A stretch of 63,884 nucleotides of DNA, counting the filler, from Basidiobolus meristosporus CBS 931.73 (taxonomy: Eukaryota; Fungi; Basidiobolomycota): NCBI GenBank assembly GCA_002104905.1. It is 3 parts of 3 records of this genome, joined end to end, with 100 filler letters (N's around TTAATTAATTAA, not from the genome) between each part and the next. Parts side by side here need not be neighbours in the genome. Positions count along the whole stretch, not along the records: positions 1 to 29,303 come from MCFE01000870.1; 2 more parts are not named here. One strand, written 5' to 3'. The first letter of the stretch is position 1; every line of letters begins with the position of its first letter. Below, in pieces: positions 1 through 10,973 of the stretch. The notes below the pieces were generated by a model. That model had not been told where the DNA came from. It made no database searches and saw nothing but the letters and a program-made list of their open reading frames with translations. The position numbers and the translations under genes are program-made.

Positions 1-384
1 TGGAATAGCTATCGTTAACAAAGCTACTGCCATGTCATGACAAACAATTATTAAATTTTGTACCTAAGTGTCCTCATATTAGGGGACACTCTTGCGATGA
101 AATAACAAGAATCCTGATATTGAGCGAAATTCCGAACTTGAATCTTTTGTTACTTTACCAGCATCACTACTGAAAGAAGGTACATTTGTATAATGATGCC
201 ATTCAGTTCCTGAACAGCAATGTCGTAAAAGGGTGCTCCAACTTATATTTATAACAGAAACTCTTGGTAATGTTAGTGGTTTGGTGAGCAGTTGGATTAT
301 ACAGTATTCCCTTGATAATTTGGCTAATACAAGGCAGGGTAGGAACGGACCTAGGTGCGGACCATAAAGCTGTTTAATCTGCTG

Positions 385-711
385 TAAAAATTCGGAATTC
401 CACCTAAATATTCACCTAACTTAGTCACTTAGATCATTACCTTCAAATCCTAGAGAATACTAACCAAATTCCTTGTCGGGATTTACTTAGAATATTTACC
501 CAGAACATGAAAATTAGATAAGTTGTCCAAACAGCACCAAACTTTGCACACATGTTCTTGGGACCTTCCTTAACCTATTCTACGTGTTTGTAATGCCAAG
601 ACCATGTAAAAGTATAAATACTACTTTTACATTCAATATATCATTAAGTGAAAACCACATAATCTACTTGTTCTCCCAATCACTTCCAATATATCCAAGA
701 CTCTTACAACA
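385..711 (+). mobile_element. Degenerate LTR (family ending ...CTCTTACAACA)
   Basis: TATAAATA about 100 bp before a CTCTTACAACA terminus. Reverse-complement relatives begin TGTTGTAAGAG at 3160, 23338 and ~24660, with further pieces at ~24110-24400 and ~25210-25540. Left boundary approximate. Confidence 0.6.
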
Positions 712-2005
712 TAATCATGATCTGTGCTTATCAGACCAAGGAATACATAAGCCAAAATAGGGCTATATACACTTTTGGCAAAATAAATGCTAATGGAGAC
801 TGGCTAGAACTAGTAGGGTTTTGGGGGAGAAGTACAGTAACATTACCAAGATAATGATAAAGATAGAGAAGCCCTGAAGCACAACTTGATCATTAAAATA
901 CATGCATGGGCCATTTGATCACAACTATTATCAATGAGCTCTAAGCAAATCAGTGGTAAGCTCCCAAGGAATGAACATTTGTGTTATATAAAAACTCAAT
1001 ATGCAATCAGCTACATGAAATTAGCAGGTGGTTCTGGATTGAATATCTTACACTCTGAGCTAGGCAACCAAGATCTGAAATAGGTAATCCAGGCTGCCAT
1101 GTGATCATATCAGTTTCTGTAGAGCATATACCACCAACTGCAAGACAATACTAATTTGCTTCAAAAAGTACTGAAATTGTGCTTGCTATGGGTGCTTGCT
1201 TGCAATACTACAATATTATGCTGGTATTTTACTGGGACCCTCAGTTGCTGTTGGACATTGATATTTCTAGAATCAGTGAGCTGACTGCTAGAATATCTTG
1301 AGTGATCATTGCCCAAGCATAGCACTCATGAGCATATATATTTACTTTTCATCAAGCAGCAGTTACTGTATGGAAAATATAATATTTGCTGGAAGTTTGC
1401 AGCTGATAGGTGAATTTACTTGAGTGGTCACATATTGTCAGGTAGCACAATAGAGGGGCAGGGTACTATGCCTGGACAAAGCTAGGCTATATAAGATGCA
1501 AACTCAAAGATTGAATAGCAAGTTATAGAGCACCATATGGTGCAATGGGCAAGATATTGTCATTTTAATTATACCTAGATGATTGCCTAACTTAGTCACC
1601 TTAGCCAAGCATACTTGACATGTTCTTATTGCCCAAACCATGTAGAAGTTCAAATATCTCTTTTTGCAAAATGAATCTTTTAGTGCAAACAGCATTGTCT
1701 ACCTGCTTTGGTATTGTTCTCAGGCATTTTCAAGGCTGTGACTACTAAGTACCACAAGAAAGGCATCCTGAGCTTTGTTGGCAGCATATAAGTTTATGGA
1801 AATCTTTGTATAGAGTATGCTTACCAAAATTATAATACTACAGATACAAAGTGTTTATCTTTTTAGCTGCATCAAGTGCTTCTCTCTGCACAAATGACAT
1901 TTGGTGATAATATGTTTAACAAATCACAATAAAGAGCAGGGTCAGAAGCTAATAGTTTGCATGCTGTATTATTTGAATAAGGAGCTACAACAGTTATATA
2001 GGTAC

Positions 2006-2682
2006 TGTTGTATCCAAGAGAAAAGTGTAATAAAACTCTTGAATGAGTTAACTGAACCTAAGTGACAACTAAGTGCAGAATCTTAGAATTGTCAAGAGTG
2101 CCAGAAATATTAGCAGAGTGGTTCTGGTTTAATATTGGTCTTATATATAGCTGAGTTGGGCTATAAAGGCAACAGAGTAGGTTTGCTATGCAGGCTAGGC
2201 TTGGTGTTCTTGAGAGTGCTAGATATGCTAGGCTTGGGTAGAAACTAGAATGGATATGTTGAAATCTTAATTTTGTTGAGACACACACTAAACCAAAAGG
2301 CTCAGTAAGCTTTATTTATATCTTTCTGATTGAGTTGCATTAGTAAGCACCAAGAGATTGGACAAATTGGAATCTGTTGGGGTGTTGATAGGTGCATAAG
2401 ATAAATGAAAAATTGCATCATTAATCAGCTGATGTCTTGGCAACTGCTAATTGGTTGGATAAATCTCAGATGACTAATCACTTGGAAAGGCTTAGCAGAT
2501 CAGTTGAGGATGTAATGACCACATGAAAATTGATCAGGTGTGACAGCTAAAAATAGATTATGAGAAGTGATAAAATAAACCATAACAGGGATTAGTTATG
2601 TTTGGGTTAGGGAAAATCAGTTAGGGTACTAGATTTTCTAACGGAGTGAAATTGGCCAAGTTTCAAGTGTTGATGCACAACA
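2006..2682 (-). mobile_element. Solo LTR of the chromovirus-type Gypsy family, with 5-bp TSD GGTAC
   Basis: Termini TGTTG...CAACA, flanked by GGTAC at 2001-2005 and 2683-2687. Collinear by eye with the LTR at 50109-50805, which abuts a chromodomain integrase. Confidence 0.9.
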
Positions 2683-3159
2683 GGTACAACTATGGAGTCT
2701 GTAATATCAATGTACTAGCAGAATCCAACCCTGCAAGCCATTGGCAAACACCTGATATACTCATTGGCTCAGTTTACTGAAGCACAAATTAGAAGTGCTT
2801 GGAAGGATATGTTGTAATATGAAATGCAGCACATGCACTTATTTAGCAGCTTTAGATACTTGTCTGTATTAGCTATACAACCAGGAGTCAGCAACTGATA
2901 GTACTACAAAAGGCAAATATTAGTTTTTAGGGCTTAACCAAAAATTACAAGGGCAGAACTTTAGCACTACAGTAGCTAATTTTCCAAAATATAGGTTCCA
3001 GCTTCAAGAATATTGGGTCCATAAAAATACCACATGCATGCTCTACCAGGCTTAAGTATGTACTCAGCAAACATTGATTATCAAGTGGTTGGAGTGGCTG
3101 ATGGTGCAAATGATTGGACAGCTTGCACATAATGATCTATACAATTGGAAGGGGAAGTT

Positions 3160-3470
3160 TGTTGTAAGAGTTCTGGAGATATTTGAAGTGATTGGCAGAA
3201 TCAATAGAATATATGGTGTTCACTTAATTTATTGAGTATAAGAGCAGGATTGATACTTTTGCACAATCTTGGCAAGACAAATATATTGATTACAAATATA
3301 GAATAAATTTGGCTATCATTTACTGATTACCTGCACCAAGGGTTGCGACTTAACACTTGAAGCAAAAACACCAGCTGAATACCAGTAAAATACTATTGGA
3401 ATACCAGCTAAAAATCCAATGAATTCCAGCTTTGCAATTTTCCATAGGGTATTAGGACCTTGGGATTAAC
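3160..3470 (-). mobile_element. Degenerate LTR copy (CTCTTACAACA family, reverse orientation)
   Basis: Begins TGTTGTAAGAG and resembles the reverse complement of 385-711. Right boundary approximate. Confidence 0.5.
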
Positions 3471-4544
3471 AGGAGAATTCTCATATTATGTGGTTGAAGT
3501 TTTGATGAAAATATTCTGAGTAGATCCCAGCATAATGTCTGAGTGCAAACCAGTAGGGATCACAGGCAATGGTCTAAGCCAGCAAGTCAATGGAGCTTAT
3601 ATGTGTAATACATAGACATGCTCTACCACTATGGGATTATACAAAGCCTGCTCCTAAGTCCTCAATGTTATGTGGGCATCAACAGATTTAATATACCAAA
3701 CAAGCTTCACTTCACTTAAAAAGCTCAATGTGATGTATCACGAGAAATCTTGTGTTTACCTCCAAATTCTATAATTGAGGAGTGTATCCACTAAAATGTT
3801 AGGTGCTCAACATAAGAAGTATCTTATTGATGTATAAAAGATTACAAATTTTGAGCACACAATTTGGGACCCTCTAAGCATATTTTACTTAGGCTTGACT
3901 AAGATATGGGAAGAGTACAAGTAACATTGTTGCATTCAACAAGTGACTAGTTACCAACCATACATCTAAGTAGCTTGCCTAATCACTCGCAGTATCTCAA
4001 AAATCCGGATAGCAATTGCTATATGCACAAGACAAAAATCTTCAAGACATCAACTATCCTCTGGATATCATGCTTCACTTCTTTACCTATACTCCTCCAT
4101 TTATTGAGTTGTGACTTCAGCAGCATTTTGGCAAGGAACTAAAGTGTAGCATATCTAAGAGCCTTTCAGCCAATTAAATTAAATGGTTCATTCCTACAAA
4201 ATGTTGGTGGTATGGATGCAACAATAAAGCTGCCGAGTAGGAACCTGAAAGTAAAGCTCGTGTACCATCAGAGCGCAACATGCATTTGTTCAAAAAATTC
4301 ACAACCTAAGTGGAATATAGCCTTTGGGTGAAATAAAATAGGGAGGAGTTGTGTCAGAAACCAGACATTTAGAATTTTCAAAGTTCAGCTCAATCAATTC
4401 AAACTACCATGTTAAATATGATATCAAGCAGTATGAGTGATTAACTAGCCATAAAACGCGAAAGGGTTATTAAATCTCGTTGTTTTGTTTGAGAATGTGG
4501 GAATATCATCAACCTTCAGTTTGGGGAAGAAATATCCCGGGTCC

Positions 4545-4565
4545 ATATATATATATATATATATA
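4545..4565. repeat. (AT)n microsatellite
   Basis: 21-nt perfect AT run at the boundary between the CpG-poor repeat zone and unique sequence. Confidence 0.9.
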
Positions 4566-5338
4566 GATTCGGTCGTATTAGCCTACAAGATTAGTGGTTA
4601 AAATAGCTTGGAAGCAGATATAACTAATCTCCAACAAGGCTATATATCAAACCAATTCCCACAGCCCTGATATGCTAGAGAGGCCACGTGCCGATTTAAT
4701 CCATTTGTCTCAAACACAAGCCCCTTTGTGGGATTGAATCTTCCCTTCCTGCCATGCGTGCTTTGAAATAAAGTGGTGCATAGCGTAGTTTCGCAACTGC
4801 AACACTGATATCCACAATAGATATCAACAAGGTGAGAAACGCGAATTGGAGGGCGACGAAGATCGGATCCATTTAGTTCGTTCCCAATTCAGGATTTGAG
4901 TGCTGCCCGTTTTGCTAAATGCGGCATACCAACTCAATGCTGTGTTCATGTTTCGATGGCAAATGCTGTTCCAGCACATCAGGAATGCGCTTAAGAGAGG
5001 CCCAGGTGCAGGAATGGACAGTGCAAACGGCAAAGCCATCGCCGTTCCACGGATCCTTGTCTGTCAGCCGGAACCCTTATTCCCACCTCTCCAGTCTGTT
5101 TCATTTGAATTTCCAGGCTTCGCCCGTCCTCTTGCCTATACCAATCCCGAAATATGTATATGTGTGACTGTGCTGGGAAGCAGGAATCATAAATAGTCAT
5201 AAATGATCATCTCCTCTGGGGAATATCCAATCTGGCTACATTGCGGAAAAGGAACTGCTGATTGGATCGCTGATGTTTGCTGCCGGTACGGGTATACTAT
5301 TCTGGGAAAAAAGCTAGTAGAATAAGGTTGCAGCGACA

Positions 5339-5346
5339 TATAAAAG
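5339..5346 (+). promoter_or_regulatory. Putative TATA box of the MFS gene
   Basis: TATAAAAG about 70 nt upstream of the ATG at 5417. Confidence 0.45.
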
Positions 5347-5416
5347 CGGCCACGACCTTCATGCAATCATTTTAGCTGCCATCGGACCGTTTCGATTAGT
5401 TGTGGATTTTTAATTG

Positions 5417-7162
5417 ATGGACAATCAAGTCTCCTCAAAAGTGGTAGATCCCCAATTGCACACCACCCACATTGAGAAACAGGATGTTCGCTGTGAGCCA
5501 GTCACGGCAACCCCAGTGAGCCTTGTGGACGAAAAGCAGCTGGCCATTGAATCCGACGCCGAATGCAAATCTTCCGAGAAAAAGTACTACTGTGTGGTAA
5601 TAGTGCTGAGCTCATTTCTGGTAAGCCACGCCATCCTCTTCTTAATGGTCCCCCGCCACCCTCTGACACCACTTTTCTCTCAGATCAACTTCGCCGCCTT
5701 TGGCTATGTTACTATATGGTATACTGTGATCCACTTCATCTGCTATCCATTCTCTGATGTTCACCCTCCAACCTCATTTACCTGTTTAGGGGAATTTTCC
5801 AAGATTACTATATGAACAATGTTTTTGCTGGCAGCTCCACAGTAGCCATCAGTTTTGTGGGTAGCATAGCTGTCTCGGCTGAGTTTGGGTTCAGTATCTT
5901 TGCGGGCCCTATAATGTCGCTGTTCGGATACAAGCCAATCCTTTGGGCTGGTTGCTTCTTTATTAGTGCTGGACTGTTGATTGCGAGCTGGGCAACTCAG
6001 GTACGTCAGGAAACTCGGTGCCTCTATGCCAGTCCATGTTCTGACCCTATCCACAGTTCTGGCACCTATATGTAACGCAAGGGGTTATGTTCGGTACCGG
6101 TGCGTCATTTTTGTTCATGGCCGCCTCCTCCATACCTCCATTATGGTTCACTAAGAGACAGGGGCTTGCAATGGGCATTGCTGCCTCAGGGTCAGGAATC
6201 GGCGGATTGGTTTTAAGCCCGATAGCCAGAAAGTTGCTTGACTCCCTTGGGGTTGCTTGGGCCCTACGAGTAGTCGCAATATTTGAGCTAGTTTCGAGTG
6301 GCATAGCTGCTCTTTTGCTGCGTGCTCCAAGACGGCAGACTGCCTCTGGGGTCAAGGTAGCTGATAGTGGCAAGAAAAGGAAAGCACTAGACTTCTCAGT
6401 TTGGAAGGAGAAAGGGTTCGTCTTGTGGGCATGTAGTGCAGCCTTATTTACGTTTGGCTACTTGATTCCCTTCAGCTATATCCCAGGTATTTTCTAGCCG
6501 CTAGCTCGTGTCCCATTCACGTTTTCTAATGGTTTGAAACACCCATAGCATACGCCACCTTCGTCGGGCTAACCACCTCTGATGGTGCTATCTTGGTTAG
6601 CGTCATGTCAGGTTGTAACGCGGTGGTAAGTAACCTCTTGTCAGTCCAACTAGCGAATTACCGCTAAAAGTGCTCTTACAGGGTCGTATTGGAATAGGAT
6701 TTCTCGGTGACAGATTAGGTAGAATTAACGTGGCAGCAATTTGCTACCTACTCTCGGGGATCTCATGTCTAGCGATCTGGATCAATGCGACTTCCTACGG
6801 GGTCTTAATGTTGTTTTCTGTAATATATGGGCTGTTCTCCGGGGTGTTCTTTTCGCTGGCCGCACCCATAACTGGCAAAATAACCGTAGGGATTCTTACC
6901 ATTAGCATCATGTTTTCTGTGGTTGTCTGATTGTTTCGTTTAGGGATTGGAGAAGTTACCCTCGGCGCTAACATTTATATTCATAGGAAATGCGGTTGGG
7001 GCCCTGAGTTCCATTCCAATTGGCGGTGCATTATTTGAAGCAACTCGCAAGACTTCATACCAGTCGCTCATCATCTTTGTTGGCGTGGTTTTCGTATTGG
7101 GGGGATTACTATTGACTGTATTGAAGTTCCGAATGAAGCCCAGGCTATTTTCCGTTGTATAG
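5417..7162 (+). CDS. MFS transporter, monocarboxylate porter (MCT/MCH/ESBP6-like) family; multi-exon
   Basis: Exons join across short GT-AG introns: MDNQVSS..., INFAAFG, WGIFQDYY, FWHLYVTQGVMFGTG, WFTKRQGLAMGIAASGSGIGG, GRIGIGFLGDRLGRIN, ...MKPRLFSVV*. These are typical MCT-family motifs. Confidence 0.9.
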
Positions 7163-10100
7163 GAAAGATACGAGCCATTGCTCCGCTCGGGACCAGGAAT
7201 GGTCACAACCAATATCCTTAAATCCCCTCAACTGCATAGGAAAGACATCCTATGAAGACGGGTAGTCACGTAGATTTGCGTTTAGAATGCCCAGTGGTAA
7301 ATGTGCCCGATGCCGAGTGCGTCCCACAAGAACCTTGTCATAATTTTGACCTATTAAACGCAGCTCTCCACAGTGATCCAACTCTATTGTGGCGGAAGCG
7401 ACCATAGCTATGCAAATCCCTCCTTCTTGAAGTGCGCTTGTTGAGTACGCTGCGCTCATCCATCGATGCCGGGGAAATGTTTTCCCTGACCGATGAAATC
7501 AATACACCTATGATGCGTCACAGTGCTCGTTTCGCTGCTCATGTGACTAGAAATATGCGCTTATCTGAGATCTAGATTGCAATTCACTTATTATCTTCAC
7601 CATGCGCGGGAAATTCTGTTCAATTAATTTGCGAGATTGACATATCGAGCGCCAGCCAATTGTGATGGCGAATCCCTTCTCATTGGATCCACAATCACTC
7701 CAATCAATGTTCCGTGACTCATCCAAATCCAACCAAGGAAGTATTTGAAGTCGTGCAGGTGCCAATTTGTGAATGGGTTGTGTTTCAGCATGAATGGTTG
7801 GAAATAGGGTTTGGGTCATTGGTGGTGTCGATAGCTTTTCGTGTGAATGGTAGTCAAACGAGAAATATTGGAAAACATGGGAATCCAGGTTTGTACCTCA
7901 CCACGATCATTGCACAACGCTAGAGAACAGTTATTCAATACACGTCTAATAAGCGAAGATGGTCTCAGTAGCAAGCAACACATATCACCTTATTAATAGA
8001 ATTATGGGGATTTGCCCTCGATTAGGGATGTTGCTTAGCGACCCACAGCACCATGCTTCTGTAGATAAACTTCAGTGGTTACTCAGTGGACAGACAGTCG
8101 GTGGTGAAAATGGAACCATAAGCCCAGTTGCATAATCCTCTAGCATCTTTGAAACCATTGTCCGGGTCATTGGATTGACCGGACTTTATCTTCACGGTGA
8201 GAACCAAGCACTCATATCTAATCAGGAACCATTTTCCCCAAAGTATGTTTACATATTTCAGGCGTGAACTGAAACATTGGAGCCTAAGCCATTGCGGAGC
8301 ATGGCTGAGAATGGTATTAGCACATATATATGTGGATTATTCGGAATCTTGGAGAAGAATGAACAGTCTGTTGTTTGCAGTTGTTCTTGAGAATTTATCT
8401 GGGCCTATTCCTAGATGATTAAAGATCCCCAGGAACGTTCAAGACGGATGTACGGGTAACTGGTAACAATCTGGCTAAGCATGTGATATGTCCTTAGCAT
8501 TTTCATGACTAGAGTTACCTGTAATCCGATCCACTATTCAGCTTAGTATGCTGACAAATGATCAATATACTTTACTCATGCATAGAAATATGGCTCATGT
8601 ATTACAGTTGATTAGCTCGGATGATTCCACAATGAGGATAGAGTTGGTTATGACTAGTGGAAGGTTTATTTTTTGCCTAGTATATTGAGTGGAAACAGGG
8701 TGCCTACACTTGTAGAGCCTCATAAAAATAGCTACTGGGGCATACGCTGAACGCCTTAAAACAATAGGCTCAATTTGAAGTATTTTTTATGCTTTCTCAA
8801 ATCTGATAAATTCACCAATGGGCCATGCAACTATAATTACCAAGATGTTGTCAAACTTTGGAATCTGAATCTATAGAGGCTGGGGTACTCCACAAATTGT
8901 CTTCCAATAGATGAACTAGTTCCTAGCTTCCTACTAAATCTTGTAAGAATCTGGGGAGACTGTAGGTGATTTGACATGGTATTCACTAGTTATTTTTTGA
9001 AATACAAGCGTCTAGAAAACAATCTCGAAAAGTAATGTAAAGCGGTTGGGGTCTCTTGGATGATTTTGAAAACTTTGGTAACTTCCAGGGCTTCACTAAT
9101 TTGTAGATTTAGCTAATATCTTACCAACTATTCCATAGGTAAATAACTAATAATCAAACAATAAGCTAAATAGAAACTTAGGATGTCTGAATCTTTTAGA
9201 TGAATACTATAAGTTTCAACAAATCAAGGCTTTCTAAATCCAAGCGAAATGCAGCTATGTTTGCCACAAGGTTCATACTTCATAACATCGAAACACTGGA
9301 CCCAAGTATAGATTACTCGATGGCTATTTCATAAGCCAGCCATTCAATTCTCGCATACTGTTTGCTTATCTCTTTGAGCTTCTAAGATCGATGAGCTGAA
9401 TGTGTGTGTATCTTCATCCCTATATATATATCCTCCTATTAAGAAAGTTTATTTCACACACTGATGGACATTTGATGTTACTTCTACCTTTTTACAAGCT
9501 CAGATAGCATTCCACCCCACAACTAACCAAAATGTTTGCATTGCTCATGATTTATGAGAAAGCTAATGGCTAAGCTTCGTAATGTGCCCAAAATTAGGAT
9601 TTGCATGTTGTATAGGGGAAAGTTGTGGAGAAAAAATTATTTGAAGCATACTCTCTGAAATCTGATTGATTGTGCAGCTCTTTATTGGTATTGAAAGATC
9701 ACTTTCTAACGTAGTGGTGAAAACTCTTTAATCGCTAAAGAATAATGAAATTCGATTCGGTGTTATTTCTAATTTCTAGAAAAAATCCCATATTGAAATG
9801 AACGTGGTTGCAAAGAATGTCATGACAGTGGGACGTGTGTAGGTTCGAGTGCTTCCTGATAGTTTTTGATAAACCCTACTTGTTGAACATCTATCCAACG
9901 TGCCAAATTATCCATATCGTATCACCAAACTGCACACACCCCAACACCAAGCCCACCTAATACATGTGGTGATGTGCAAAGATTTTTCAATGTCGTATAT
10001 TTGAGATTAATGTTGGTAATGCAGCGGTGCTTACATATATACAACACAACCTCCAATCTCGAATGATAAAATGGCCATGTTTTCTCGCGGTGTTTGAGCA

Positions 10101-10973
10101 ACCTATCAAAAGTCCCATATTAATAATCTTGACGAGTTTCAATGAAAGATGTGCCGAATATTCGTCGCACACGTAATTTAGGGCTTAGCTTGCAGGTGAT
10201 ATCATTTCATCAGTTGGACCCCATGAGGTAGTATGAGCCACCCCGATGGTGTTAGATCGGAATTGGACTGCAGCTCCGAATAAATTGATCAGAAAATGGA
10301 AGCCATGGGGGAGCTTACTTAGTTTAGATTGCGGGATTCCTTAAATATCAATCCTTAAAACCTTAATGACGAGTAAGTGAAATATCCACGCGAACCCCAT
10401 CTCGCCAATTCATTGGCTAGAGCTCCCTTGACGCTGGATTGGAATTCACAGCTGGCACTTTTCGTGAGGCACATACGGGATGAAAGCATCTTCTGGGGCT
10501 TTACTTGCACTTTGTTTAACGCTCAGCATAATGAGTGGCACAGCATGCATGTTACCAAAAGCGAGTTGAGTAATGAATTGAACAACGCATGAGCTATGGG
10601 ACCATGTATATTAAACTTCTAAATGAAGTCCCACAGACGACCTCTGATTGGCTGTTGCGTTGTTTACAAAATAACACTGAACTCCATTCGACGTGGGTCT
10701 TCCGAATGATGGATTAGTATGGGGTGGCTATTTCGTGACTGATGAAAACATTCCAACCCTATTAATAGGGGCACGTCTGCTGTCCACCGGCTTCTAAACG
10801 AAAGCTTACCTCGCGTATACTAACCGATTCTCCTTCCCATTCATCCCACAGGATTTTTGCCCTTGCTACACACCTTGTGTATTTTCCCACCTATTCACCT
10901 TGTATAGACATCTGTATATACCTGTTTTTCGCCCCCTGCTTATTCATTATACATCCAAAACTCGTCGGTCGTT

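Noticed and set aside
4824-5200. Overlapping 70-98-aa ORFs upstream of the MFS gene
   Set aside because: No consistent frame, family motif or convincing splice structure; treated as promoter or intergenic sequence.
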